Origin: an uncultured virus (IMG/VR IMGVR_UViG_3300047564_005847)
Lineage: Duplodnaviria > Heunggongvirae > Uroviricota > Caudoviricetes
Virus record (IMG/VR): IMGVR_UViG_3300047564_005847
Length of the DNA: 64,000 nucleotides
Direction: 5' to 3' (one strand)
A program made the translations under genes and the position numbers. The notes under the pieces were generated by a model, which saw nothing but the letters and a program-made list of their open reading frames with translations, was not told where the DNA came from and searched no databases. Below are positions 29,953 to 39,488 of this stretch, piece after piece (within the stretch, counting starts at the first letter, position 1; each line of letters opens with the position of its first letter).

Positions 29953-30657
29953 ATGGGTTTTCTCAATCAAACAACAAACAACATCATCGTTGACGCAGTT
30001 TTAACTGACCTGGGTCGACAGTTTCTCGCGAGAAATGATGGTAGTTTCAACATCGTTAAGTTCGCACTAGCTGACAATGAAGTTGACTACACGGTCATAC
30101 AGCAGTACGGTCGTCTTGTTGGAAAAGACAAGATCGAGAAGAACACTCCGGTGTTTGAAGCTTCAACTAACGCAAACATTGCGCTCAAGTACAAGCTGGT
30201 AAGCATCTCAAATCCTGCCTTGACATTGCTTCCATCCCTCACGCTTGATTACGGATCAGCGATCGTTAATTCTAATGTCGTGTCGATCTCACGCCTCACA
30301 CAGAACCCATCCCTCACGATCACTGTTAAGCAGTCGATCACGCAAGGTAACTTTGTCTCACCTGAGCTCATTGATAATGCGTTTGAAGTTCGCGTCAACG
30401 ACCTGTTCCTGGGCCTCCAGAACCTCGTACCCGACTCGGTTGATGCAAGCAACAATGCAACCTACCTTGTTGACAGATCGTCAGCACTGTCAAGTGCAAG
30501 TGAAGCATCCGGACAGTTCACACTGCGCCTCAAGACATTCTCTCAGACGCTGTTCGACACATACAAGTCAAGTGGCCTCAATGTTGTTAGAACATACGTT
30601 CGTATTACAGGCATCAACTCAGGTGCCGTCAAAGAATTTGAAGTAAGGATCAGCTAG
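29953..30657 (+). CDS. Baseplate-associated structural protein
   Basis: VDAVLTDLGRQFLA...IVKFALADNEVDY, in the structural module. Confidence 0.65.
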   Translation: MGFLNQTTNNIIVDAVLTDLGRQFLARNDGSFNIVKFALADNEVDYTVIQQYGRLVGKDKIEKNTPVFEASTNANIALKYKLVSISNPALTLLPSLTLDYGSAIVNSNVVSISRLTQNPSLTITVKQSITQGNFVSPELIDNAFEVRVNDLFLGLQNLVPDSVDASNNATYLVDRSSALSSASEASGQFTLRLKTFSQTLFDTYKSSGLNVVRTYVRITGINSGAVKEFEVRIS

Positions 30658-30665
30658 GATAAAAA

Positions 30666-31862
30666 ATGCCCACATTTAAAGAGATAACTGCTGCAGATAT
30701 CAAGACTAGCAGATCAGCACTCAACCAGCTGGTCGACGTCATCCAGAACGACATTTCGAGCTCAGATACACGCAAGAAGTATCAAGTGTTCGTCACAGGC
30801 GGCATAGGGCCTGGCGTCACATCATCGCTGTTTCAGACAGTTTTCGATCAGGATTACACTCTGCAGACGGCAAATGAGGTGCTCGACTTAACAGTAGGCC
30901 TCTTCTCAGGTAGCTCAACAGTTGCTGGTAGCACAACTGGCGTCGATTCAGCAGGCAAGCTTCTCTTCCCATCGCAGTCATTGATGATGAGAGAGAAGAT
31001 CAACGTCTACCGACAATTTGCACAGACACTGCTCGGTGATGCAGATGCTCAATTCTCGGCACCATTTAGTAATCCTGGTGCAACTGACTACATTGACGAA
31101 GCAATATTCGTCAACATTAAGCGTCTATTCGCACGCGACCGTGTCAAGCCACAGACATTTGCGATGCAGTTCTACACATCGGCAACACTTGATCGTGTAG
31201 CTGATCCCGTGAATGGCACATTTACTAATACAGACGAGACATCTGAGATTGGATCAGCCATTTTGACAGATGCGGGTCAAGGGACGCAGTTTGGTTTCGG
31301 TGGTCAAGTTGGCGATATTGCATTCTCCACGCTGTCATCTAATGTCGTAGGCAATCTCTTCTACGATCAAGGCATCATAGTTCTAGACGCCAAGAAGGTT
31401 CTATCAGGGACGCAACATGTGTCGGGAACAATTGACGCTATGTCATCAGGCGGTACAACTGTAATCGGAAGTGCAAGTGGAAATACAAATGCCAAATTTA
31501 TCCCTGATTTCTTTGTCTCAGGATCGATTGACGATATTGTTGACCATCTTGCATCCTGCAGATTTAGCTCGGGCTCACTCACAGCACTGACATTCCAGAA
31601 TGTCACCAACATCAACTCGACATTGGTGTTCTGTCGTGCCACAGCAGATGAGTTCAACTACTCGTCAAATCCCACGTTCACTGACGCAGACGGTAACATC
31701 ATTGTCATCGATGATCCTACAACTGATCGAACATTCAGCTACATCACAACGGTGGGCCTCTACGATGCAAACGATAACTTGCTGGCAGTTGCCAAGTTTA
31801 GTCGTCCAATCGAGAAGAATGATGAGAAGGATTTGACTGTCCGCGTTCGACTTGACTTCTAA
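30666..31862 (+). CDS. Baseplate/tail structural protein
   Basis: C-terminal FNYSSNPTF...YITTVGLYDANDNLLAVAKFSRPIEK...VRLDF. Confidence 0.65.
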   Translation: MPTFKEITAADIKTSRSALNQLVDVIQNDISSSDTRKKYQVFVTGGIGPGVTSSLFQTVFDQDYTLQTANEVLDLTVGLFSGSSTVAGSTTGVDSAGKLLFPSQSLMMREKINVYRQFAQTLLGDADAQFSAPFSNPGATDYIDEAIFVNIKRLFARDRVKPQTFAMQFYTSATLDRVADPVNGTFTNTDETSEIGSAILTDAGQGTQFGFGGQVGDIAFSTLSSNVVGNLFYDQGIIVLDAKKVLSGTQHVSGTIDAMSSGGTTVIGSASGNTNAKFIPDFFVSGSIDDIVDHLASCRFSSGSLTALTFQNVTNINSTLVFCRATADEFNYSSNPTFTDADGNIIVIDDPTTDRTFSYITTVGLYDANDNLLAVAKFSRPIEKNDEKDLTVRVRLDF

Positions 31863-31876
31863 TGTGAGGGAGGACG

Positions 31877-34219
31877 ATGTCATTCATCAAGCTGCAGCCT
31901 GAGAACTTCGACACGTTCTCTATCACACTGCGGCCACGCGCTGAGTTTGTGTCGTCTTCAAGCGGGATCACAGGATCAGTTCGGTTGATAGAACGGCCGA
32001 GTGCCTATCTTAAGGAAGAAATTGCTATAGGCACTAGAGGAACGACGACGTTTGTAGAAGATCCTTCAGGTCCTGCATACATCGAGACACTTAGACAGGA
32101 CATAATTTCTAATACTACAGATCGTCCTGCTCTACTAGATGAGTACATTCGTCTTGTAAATCTCCTAGCTGAGAGCAGGAAAAATGACATCGTCATCCCT
32201 GTTCAGCGTATAACACAGTCGATCGAATTTGATCGCAACTCATTCACTAAAAGTAACATCAAGAATGTCCTGATGCCACAGTACCGATCTGTCTATACTG
32301 ATTGTGACTATTCGTACAAGAACTACCACACGATCAACTTCTTCACAGCATCGACTGTTCCTAGTGACAGTGCAATCATCTATCCAAATATAGACGACCA
32401 ATACATACTGACAGATGCTTTTAGCTTTGATTTTTACATCAATCCGCGGTATTTATCAGACGCAGGTTCTAGCTTTAATGCAGGTGCCATCCTGCACATG
32501 TCGTCATCAATTTGTGTGTCACTACACACAGGATCGCACAAGAACGCAGACGGTCAAGTTGATCAATTTCGTCTTGCAGTAGGCTTTAAACACAGCGCAA
32601 ATGAGACACCTAACAGCATTGATGTTACACAGGTAAATGGATCAAGATCATATCCACAAGATTTAATCTACGTCAGCGATGATAATCTCTTAAAGCATAA
32701 CAACTGGCATCATGTTTCAATTCGTTGGGGCGCATCATACAACAACAGATCAGGATCTTTCACAATTGATGCTACGACATCTTCTTTCTACTACCCAAGC
32801 AGCTCAATTGTAGGAAGCCAGAAACCTGACGTTCTCATCTTGGGAAATCAGTATGTTGGAAGTGATACGACGGCAAAGTTCTTCAACAGCGTAGTTGCTA
32901 ACACAGCAACAGGTGAAGGTGTAACGCAACTCGACGCAGGCACAAGCGACCCAACAGGTTTCACGTTTTCAAGCCCGCTCAATGCCGAAATACATGATGT
33001 AAAGCTCTTCAATAGAGTTTTGACAAATAATGAAGTAAGTAACTTTAGAAACAACGCAAATGATGCCGACACAAACGGCTTAATATTCTACGTCCCACCA
33101 ATCTTTACAAATTGTGCAACTAAGTTTCAGAGAGACTTTATAACACCTGTAGGTAAAGCACCGGTAAGGTACCCTACGACACCTTACAATGTCAATCTTG
33201 CAGCAAGCACACAAGTATTTAGTCCTAACTTACAAAATTTCTTGTTTGATATAAAAAACTATAGTGCTCCGCGCCTGTATAAGCTCACGTCGTCTGTAGA
33301 GGCTTACGTGGGTGTAAAGTACGCCGTTGATCACATGTTTAGACAGCCGGAATTTATAAAGAGAGCCTACACGATACTCCCAAATGATAACGGTCTCTTT
33401 TTACCAAATTTCCAGCTAGTACCAACAAGTTCGGTAATCTCAGAATACAACCCTTATAGTGATATCTTTTCTAATATCGATAAAACGTCGATAAGCTTAC
33501 TCAATATTGATACGACAAGCATGTCTAGATCAGGTGGCTCAGGCTCTGTACAACCCCTTTCAGCAGGTGAGACTCAATTTTATCTGACGCCGGAAGACTA
33601 TAACACTACAGCAATTCTTACTGCAGGTAACTCAACAACACTTTTCTCATTCACTACAACATCATCATTTGCCGATAGATCAAGCAACCTCTCGACGATC
33701 TACCAGGTTAGCAATCTCTACTACGGTAATCAGATCTTCCCACAGACATTTACTTTGTCATCAACAGCTCTGACAGGTTCTGGTGGGAAGATCAATATCA
33801 CGCTTAAGGATAATGGCTTCGGTGGGTTGTACCGTGCAGACGCAGTCACACCTCCGCCTACGTGGGCTACCGTAGGTAACCTCTTCTACGATGAGGGCCT
33901 TGCGATCATCAAGTCACCCCACCTCTACAACTTCGGCAAGGATAATTTCTCTGTCTCGTTCAATGGGTCACAGAATATCCACACATATACCATCGATGCT
34001 ATCTGTCCAGCTGGAGAGATCAACTCATCATCTAATCCGAGTTACTTATCATTCCCGCCCACAAATGAACAGAATGAAACGGCAGATAACTTCGTGTACA
34101 TCACGGGCATTAATATTCACGACGACAACTTCAACGTTATTATGAGAGCGAACCTGGCACAACCAGTGCTCAAGAGGCCCGATGAAGAGTTTCTCTTTAG
34201 AATTAAGTACGACATGTGA
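31877..34219 (+). CDS. Baseplate/tail structural protein with a LamG-like domain, C-terminal paralog of 30666..31862
   Basis: FSFDFYINP...WHHVSIRW...AEIHDVKLFNRVL, and a C-terminal NSSSNPSY...YITGINIHDDNFNVIMRANLAQPVLK. Confidence 0.65.
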   Translation: MSFIKLQPENFDTFSITLRPRAEFVSSSSGITGSVRLIERPSAYLKEEIAIGTRGTTTFVEDPSGPAYIETLRQDIISNTTDRPALLDEYIRLVNLLAESRKNDIVIPVQRITQSIEFDRNSFTKSNIKNVLMPQYRSVYTDCDYSYKNYHTINFFTASTVPSDSAIIYPNIDDQYILTDAFSFDFYINPRYLSDAGSSFNAGAILHMSSSICVSLHTGSHKNADGQVDQFRLAVGFKHSANETPNSIDVTQVNGSRSYPQDLIYVSDDNLLKHNNWHHVSIRWGASYNNRSGSFTIDATTSSFYYPSSSIVGSQKPDVLILGNQYVGSDTTAKFFNSVVANTATGEGVTQLDAGTSDPTGFTFSSPLNAEIHDVKLFNRVLTNNEVSNFRNNANDADTNGLIFYVPPIFTNCATKFQRDFITPVGKAPVRYPTTPYNVNLAASTQVFSPNLQNFLFDIKNYSAPRLYKLTSSVEAYVGVKYAVDHMFRQPEFIKRAYTILPNDNGLFLPNFQLVPTSSVISEYNPYSDIFSNIDKTSISLLNIDTTSMSRSGGSGSVQPLSAGETQFYLTPEDYNTTAILTAGNSTTLFSFTTTSSFADRSSNLSTIYQVSNLYYGNQIFPQTFTLSSTALTGSGGKINITLKDNGFGGLYRADAVTPPPTWATVGNLFYDEGLAIIKSPHLYNFGKDNFSVSFNGSQNIHTYTIDAICPAGEINSSSNPSYLSFPPTNEQNETADNFVYITGINIHDDNFNVIMRANLAQPVLKRPDEEFLFRIKYDM

Positions 34220-34742
34220 CACGATCCTCGGCCTTGACATCTCGACGTCATGCACAGGCTATGCGATCGTGACGACAGATGTGGGCAGAGTAGTTGAGGT
34301 AGGAAATTTTAAGCTTGACAAGTTTGACGACTTCTTTGATAAGTGCGATGCTTATAGGACAGCACTCTCAGCAGTTTTTGCAAGACATGTGGGCATCAAG
34401 AAGATCTGCATCGAGGAGAACTTGCAAGCATTCCGGCCAGGCATGTCGTCTGCTAAGACGATCAATACTCTCGCTCGTTTTAATGGCGCAGCGTCTCTGA
34501 TCTCTTACGAAGTTTGCAAGACAAAACCCGTCTTTCTCAATGCCACGTCAGCAAGGTCGAAGCTGGGTATTAAACTTGACCGAAAGTCAGATGTGTCTAC
34601 AAAGCAGCAGATCTTCGAGTTCGTCAAACCTCAAATTGACATTGAGTGGCCCACCACAAAGACGGGTGGCGTTCAGACATCGTGTTATGATATGGCAGAT
34701 GCATATGTGCTAGCTCGCGCAGGTTGGTTGAACAAAGAGTAG
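34182..34742 (+). CDS. RuvC-like Holliday junction resolvase
   Basis: ILGLDISTSCTGYA, CIEE and YDMADAYVLA (RNase H-fold acidic triad). The start is uncertain. Confidence 0.85.
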   Translation: MKSFSLELSTTCDTILGLDISTSCTGYAIVTTDVGRVVEVGNFKLDKFDDFFDKCDAYRTALSAVFARHVGIKKICIEENLQAFRPGMSSAKTINTLARFNGAASLISYEVCKTKPVFLNATSARSKLGIKLDRKSDVSTKQQIFEFVKPQIDIEWPTTKTGGVQTSCYDMADAYVLARAGWLNKE

Positions 34743-34756
34743 GCGTATCTTACTAT
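34728..34756 (+). promoter_or_regulatory. Sigma70-type promoter for the primase gene (likely leaderless)
   Basis: TTGAAC (34728-33), a 17-nt spacer, and TACTAT (34751-56). The ATG lies 6 nt further on, with no SD. Confidence 0.5.
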
Positions 34757-34762
34757 TAAGAT

Positions 34763-35725
34763 ATGACGACTGTCACTTCGACCGAGAAGATAAGATTTCT
34801 GCGCGGCATATTTCGTGACATCCAAGTTTCACGAGACGGCAACGATTGTGCTGTTCCGTGCCCAAACTGTAAGACACCTGACAAGAAGAAGCTGTCGATC
34901 AACGTTGAGACGTGGAAGTACCACTGCTGGGTATGTGGTGTCAAAGGTGGAAATCTTCGATCGCTCTTTAAGCAGTACTACTCACCCGAAGTTGTTGTCG
35001 CTTTTAGAGAGCGTTTCGGCATTAGTGACGATGACGCATCTGAGGTTCCTGTTGTAGAGGTTGTGACACTGCCTGACGGTTTGCAACCTGTTGCACTCGT
35101 GGCAAACTCTAAGAACCCTAATTTCAGAGCGACATACAACTATCTGATGCGGCGCGGCCTAACTGAGCGTGACCTGTGGTATTGGAAGATGTGTGTCAGC
35201 AGTGAGAATAGCTTTACAAGACGCGTCATCATACCCTCATTTGACTCTGATGGTGATCTTAACTACTACGTCTCACGTTCGATTGATAAGGACACAAAAC
35301 CTCGCTATGTCAATTCAAAAGCAAACAAGACAGAGATCATCTTCAACGATTTAATGGTTGATTGGTCAAAGCCCGCCGTGATCGTCGAGGGCGTCTTTGA
35401 TGCGATCAACGTGGGTCAGAATGCAATCCCAATACTTGGATCGTACCTACCGCAATCGGCAGCACTTTTTGCCAAGATTGTGGCAAATAACATACCGGTG
35501 ACGTTGGCACTTGACCCCGACGTTGAGGACAAGATGCACAAGATTGCAGGTGATCTGTATAAGTTCGGAGTCGAGGTCCGTCAAGCAGACATCACAGGTT
35601 TTAAAGACATTGGTGAGATGCCTCGTGATGTTGCTAAGCAGTGTATAGCAGATGCAAAAGCGTGGCATCCAAAGATCAGCATGCTGCACAAAATTAGCAA
35701 GATATCAAGTGGATCTATTCTATAG
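34763..35725 (+). CDS. DNA primase (zinc-binding domain plus TOPRIM)
   Basis: CPNC...YHCWVC zinc ribbon, YLMRRGL, RVIIP, YYVSR, RYVNS, VEGVFDA and LDPD. Confidence 0.9.
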   Translation: MTTVTSTEKIRFLRGIFRDIQVSRDGNDCAVPCPNCKTPDKKKLSINVETWKYHCWVCGVKGGNLRSLFKQYYSPEVVVAFRERFGISDDDASEVPVVEVVTLPDGLQPVALVANSKNPNFRATYNYLMRRGLTERDLWYWKMCVSSENSFTRRVIIPSFDSDGDLNYYVSRSIDKDTKPRYVNSKANKTEIIFNDLMVDWSKPAVIVEGVFDAINVGQNAIPILGSYLPQSAALFAKIVANNIPVTLALDPDVEDKMHKIAGDLYKFGVEVRQADITGFKDIGEMPRDVAKQCIADAKAWHPKISMLHKISKISSGSIL

Positions 35726-35728
35726 CAG

Positions 35729-35735
35729 ATATTTA
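35729..35735 (+). promoter_or_regulatory. Putative late promoter ATATTTA
   Basis: Recurrent motif, 5 nt before the ATG. Confidence 0.6.
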
Positions 35736-35740
35736 ACTGC

Positions 35741-36100
35741 ATGCCTAGTAATCTAAAACTTCGTCGCTTCATTCTCAAAGAGATGGCCGATGTGCTCGCA
35801 GATGATGCACTCTTCACAAAGCAGACCCCACAAGACGACTCACCTGTTGGTGACGTGGACGACGAGACCGTAGATGAGGGCGGCGACTGCGGTTGTGGTT
35901 GCGGTGGAGCACCGGGAGGCTGCGGCGGCAAGAAGAGCGGAACAATCACAGCAACTGCGCTCTTCAAGAGAAGCCTCTATGAGATCATCGAGGATGCGAT
36001 CGGTGTGTATGACAAGTACGACGATGCCGACCAGATAAGTGATGAGATGATCGCCGAGATTGAGCACTTCAGCAACAAGCTCAAGGCCTTTAGGAACTAA
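35741..36100 (+). CDS. Hypothetical acidic protein with a CGCGC motif (possible head-internal protein)
   Basis: 119-aa ORF, late-type motif ATATTTA 5 nt upstream, N-terminal LRRFILKE. Confidence 0.65.
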   Translation: MPSNLKLRRFILKEMADVLADDALFTKQTPQDDSPVGDVDDETVDEGGDCGCGCGGAPGGCGGKKSGTITATALFKRSLYEIIEDAIGVYDKYDDADQISDEMIAEIEHFSNKLKAFRN

Positions 36101-36138
36101 AATATAAATCTAGTGTTTTGTGTCTAAGATTAGAACAT

Positions 36139-39100
36139 ATGAAAGCGTTCCATATCTCAGACATCCATTTTAGAGGCCTGTCTCGACATGACGAGTATAG
36201 GAAGTGTTTCACTAGATTGTTCGACATCGCTCGAAAGGAGAAGCCTGATGTCTTCTTCGTCGGTGGCGACATCGTTCACTCCAAGACACAAGGTATCACA
36301 CCAGAGCTAATTGATATTTTGACCTGGTGCTTCGAGACGATGGCAGAGATCGCACCTGTCCATATGATCTTGGGCAATCACGACGGCCTCATCCACAACA
36401 AGAGCCGTCAAGATGCGATCACGCCCATCATCAACGCGCTGGGAAACAAGCGTATCTACTTGTACAAGAAGTCAGGTGTCTATCCGACAGGACTGCCTGG
36501 CATCAACTGGTGCGTCTTTTCGTGCTTTGATGAAGAAGGATGGGATGATGTCAAGCCTGTCAAGGGCGAGATTAACATCGCGTGCTTCCACGGTGCTGTA
36601 CGTGGGTCGACGACTGACTCCGATTGGAAGATCAACGGTGAAGTGACAGCAAGCTTCTTTGATGAGTTTGACTACACTTTCCTGGGTGACATCCACAAGC
36701 GTCAAAATGTCACAGGTAGCGGTGTCATCTCCTATCCCGGGTCGTTCATCCAACAGGATTACGGCGAGGATGTCATCAAGGGATGCCTGTTGTGGGATAT
36801 TAAGTCGGCAGTCGATTACAGCTGTAAGTTCGTCCACATCATCAATGACTCACCATTTGTAACAATCGGTTACCGTGGTGATCTTGATGAAACTTACCAG
36901 ATGATCGACAGCGCGCCTACGGGTGCACGTGTCCGCATTGGCTCCGATGTTCCAGTACCACCTACGACGCTGCACCTCATTGAATCGAAGTTGCAAGCTG
37001 AGAAATCTCCGAAAGAGATTGTCTATAAGATCGCAGACCTAGACGCTGGTAAAAGCCTTGCAAAGACAAGCGGAACACCTGTAACAGATCTCAGACAGCC
37101 CAACACAATCAAAGAGTTGATCCGCGACTTCTACACCGACTCAGCGTTGCCAAAAGAAAAGTTTGAGCGTGTTGATGCAATCGTCGACAGGTACATGAAG
37201 TCACTTGATTTGGGCGGAGACGAAGATCGAAACTACAGCTGGTCACTTGATAAGCTGACCTTTAAGAATACGTTCGCGTTCCGTGGCGACAACGAGATTG
37301 ACTTTACCAAGTCATCTGGCATCACAGGCATCTTTGGCAAGAACCGTGCTGGAAAGTCATCCATCATTGGCAGCCTTGTCTACTGTCTCTTCAACACCTC
37401 AGATAGAGGATCTCTCAAGAACCTCCACATCATCAATGATAAGGAGGACACATGTGATGCTGAAGCAGACATTACAGTTAAGGGTGACAAGTACAAGATT
37501 TCTCGCAGAACTAAGAAGACAGTCAATAAGAAGGGTGACGTCAACGTCAACACGACGTTGGGCATCACTAAACTCGACACTGACATGCAGCTAAGTGACG
37601 TCTCAGATGAACAGCGTCGTGAGACAGAGAAAGTGCTGCGTCAGCTAATTGGAACTGCAGATGACTTCTTCATGACATCACTTGCAGCTCAAGGCAACCT
37701 TAATAAGTTCTTTGAGGAGAAGTCGACCGCCCGTAAGCAGATCATTGGAAAGTTTCTTAATCTTGACATCTTTGATGCTCTTTATGAGCGGTCACGAGAG
37801 GATCTTGTACCCCTTCGTGCCTCTTTTAGAGGTCGACGAGACAAGCAGCAGATTGATGCAAAAATTACTGATGCTGTAAAGATGCTTGCTACGGAACGAG
37901 AGAAAACTTCTGAGCTTGATAATGCTCACAGCGATCTTACTAGGAAGCTAGCAGATCTACGTGTCATCATCAACGGTGACACATCAGTTGAAGCTGCTGT
38001 TAAGCTGCGTGAACTCGAGCAGCGCAGGGATCGTCTTGCTGAGAAGCATAAGGAGTATACATCTCAAATTGAGGATGCCTCCGCGCTGCGCTCTAAGCAT
38101 ACAGTTCGCCTTGAGAAGTTCAGTGCACTGAAGGAAAAGTTTCCTATTGATGAGCTTCGACAGAAAGTTCAATCACAAAGGTCGCTAGAGACAAAGCTCG
38201 AAGCTGCAAATAGAGAGCTACAGCAGCACCTTAAATCTCTAGGAAGGCTGAATGAAGATGTTGGAATTCTATCGACTGTTCCATGCGGCGACGAATTTCC
38301 AACGTGTCCATTCATCAAGAAGGCATTTGAGAGCAAGTCAAAGATTGGCCAGGAGCAGCTAGAAGTTGAAGAGCAGCGGAAGTACATCAATCAACTTCAA
38401 ACTGATATTAACGAAATAGCCGAGCAAAATCTTGACGAAAAGGTTAAGAAATACGACGTAATGCTCCAGGAAGAGCGAACACTGCAGTTTGATGTTAGCA
38501 AGCTTGATATGAAGATCGAGCATGCAGAGGCATCACTTAAAACTGTCAATGGAGATCTTGCTACATGTAATCTTGAGATCGATCGTCTAAGTGCGGTAGT
38601 CAACGACTCAGACAACCTGTGCGGTGTCTATGACAGCATCAAGGAAGTAGAAGAAGAGCTTGAGAAGACACGTAAATTGCAGCTCACAAATGCAAAGAAC
38701 GTCGGTGCTCATGAGACATCGATCACAACGCTCCAGAGTGAGAAGGAGACGCTTGAGCGAGATCTTGCTGACCTCGAGATCTTTGAGTTGTTCAACGTCG
38801 CCATGTCAAAGAAGGGCCTCCCTTCTCGCCTAATCTCTAAGCTACTTCCTCTTGTCAATGCTGAGATCCAGAACATTCTACTCGGTGTCTGCAATTTCAC
38901 AGTCGAGCTTGAGGTTGATGAGGAGTCGAACTCACTTGAAGTTTACATTAACTACGGTGACAAGCGACGGATAATTGAGCTAGGATCGGGAATGGAAAAG
39001 ATGATCTCTGCAATTGCGACAAGAGTTGCTCTCATCAATATGTCATCTTTGCCTAAATCCAACATCTTCATCATTGACGAGGGGTTTGGCGCACTTGATG

Positions 39101-39258
39101 ACACCAATCTTGAAGCATGCTCGCGCCTGCTGCGGTCGCTGAAGAAGCACTTCAACCAGATCCTCATCATCTCACACGTAGATGCAATCAAGGATGCAGT
39201 TGACAACTTTGTTGAGATCAACTGGATCGACGGAGGCGCAAGTGTCAGATACTCCTGA
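36139..39258 (+). CDS. Fused Mre11/SbcD nuclease - Rad50/SbcC ATPase (gp47-gp46-like fusion)
   Basis: Phosphoesterase motifs DIH, GGD, GNHD, FHG and GDIH, then Walker A GKNRAGKS, coiled coils, IDEGFGALD Walker B/D-loop and an ISH H-loop, all in one frame. Confidence 0.92.
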   Translation: MKAFHISDIHFRGLSRHDEYRKCFTRLFDIARKEKPDVFFVGGDIVHSKTQGITPELIDILTWCFETMAEIAPVHMILGNHDGLIHNKSRQDAITPIINALGNKRIYLYKKSGVYPTGLPGINWCVFSCFDEEGWDDVKPVKGEINIACFHGAVRGSTTDSDWKINGEVTASFFDEFDYTFLGDIHKRQNVTGSGVISYPGSFIQQDYGEDVIKGCLLWDIKSAVDYSCKFVHIINDSPFVTIGYRGDLDETYQMIDSAPTGARVRIGSDVPVPPTTLHLIESKLQAEKSPKEIVYKIADLDAGKSLAKTSGTPVTDLRQPNTIKELIRDFYTDSALPKEKFERVDAIVDRYMKSLDLGGDEDRNYSWSLDKLTFKNTFAFRGDNEIDFTKSSGITGIFGKNRAGKSSIIGSLVYCLFNTSDRGSLKNLHIINDKEDTCDAEADITVKGDKYKISRRTKKTVNKKGDVNVNTTLGITKLDTDMQLSDVSDEQRRETEKVLRQLIGTADDFFMTSLAAQGNLNKFFEEKSTARKQIIGKFLNLDIFDALYERSREDLVPLRASFRGRRDKQQIDAKITDAVKMLATEREKTSELDNAHSDLTRKLADLRVIINGDTSVEAAVKLRELEQRRDRLAEKHKEYTSQIEDASALRSKHTVRLEKFSALKEKFPIDELRQKVQSQRSLETKLEAANRELQQHLKSLGRLNEDVGILSTVPCGDEFPTCPFIKKAFESKSKIGQEQLEVEEQRKYINQLQTDINEIAEQNLDEKVKKYDVMLQEERTLQFDVSKLDMKIEHAEASLKTVNGDLATCNLEIDRLSAVVNDSDNLCGVYDSIKEVEEELEKTRKLQLTNAKNVGAHETSITTLQSEKETLERDLADLEIFELFNVAMSKKGLPSRLISKLLPLVNAEIQNILLGVCNFTVELEVDEESNSLEVYINYGDKRRIIELGSGMEKMISAIATRVALINMSSLPKSNIFIIDEGFGALDDTNLEACSRLLRSLKKHFNQILIISHVDAIKDAVDNFVEINWIDGGASVRYS

Positions 39259-39484
39259 TGTCACTCCGTTATTCTGTCTTGTCTGTGAGACAGTGATGGT
39301 TGGGCAAGATGATGTTGATTACCACAGGCTGTTCCAGTGCTGCACAGAGTGCGGCATGAAGTGGGCTGAGGTGAACCGCACACAATGGTTAAAGGGATGG
39401 CGTCCTAACAGAGATGATGTGGATGCTGAAATTATTAATAGAAGATCGCACATACTTAACGAAATAGATATACTAAGAGGATAG
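39242..39484 (+). CDS. Small putative zinc-binding protein
   Basis: CLVC...CCTEC. The in-frame GTG at 39242 is preceded by GGAGG; the ORF track starts at 39182. Confidence 0.6.
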   Translation: MSDTPDVTPLFCLVCETVMVGQDDVDYHRLFQCCTECGMKWAEVNRTQWLKGWRPNRDDVDAEIINRRSHILNEIDILRG

Positions 39485-39488
39485 TCGC

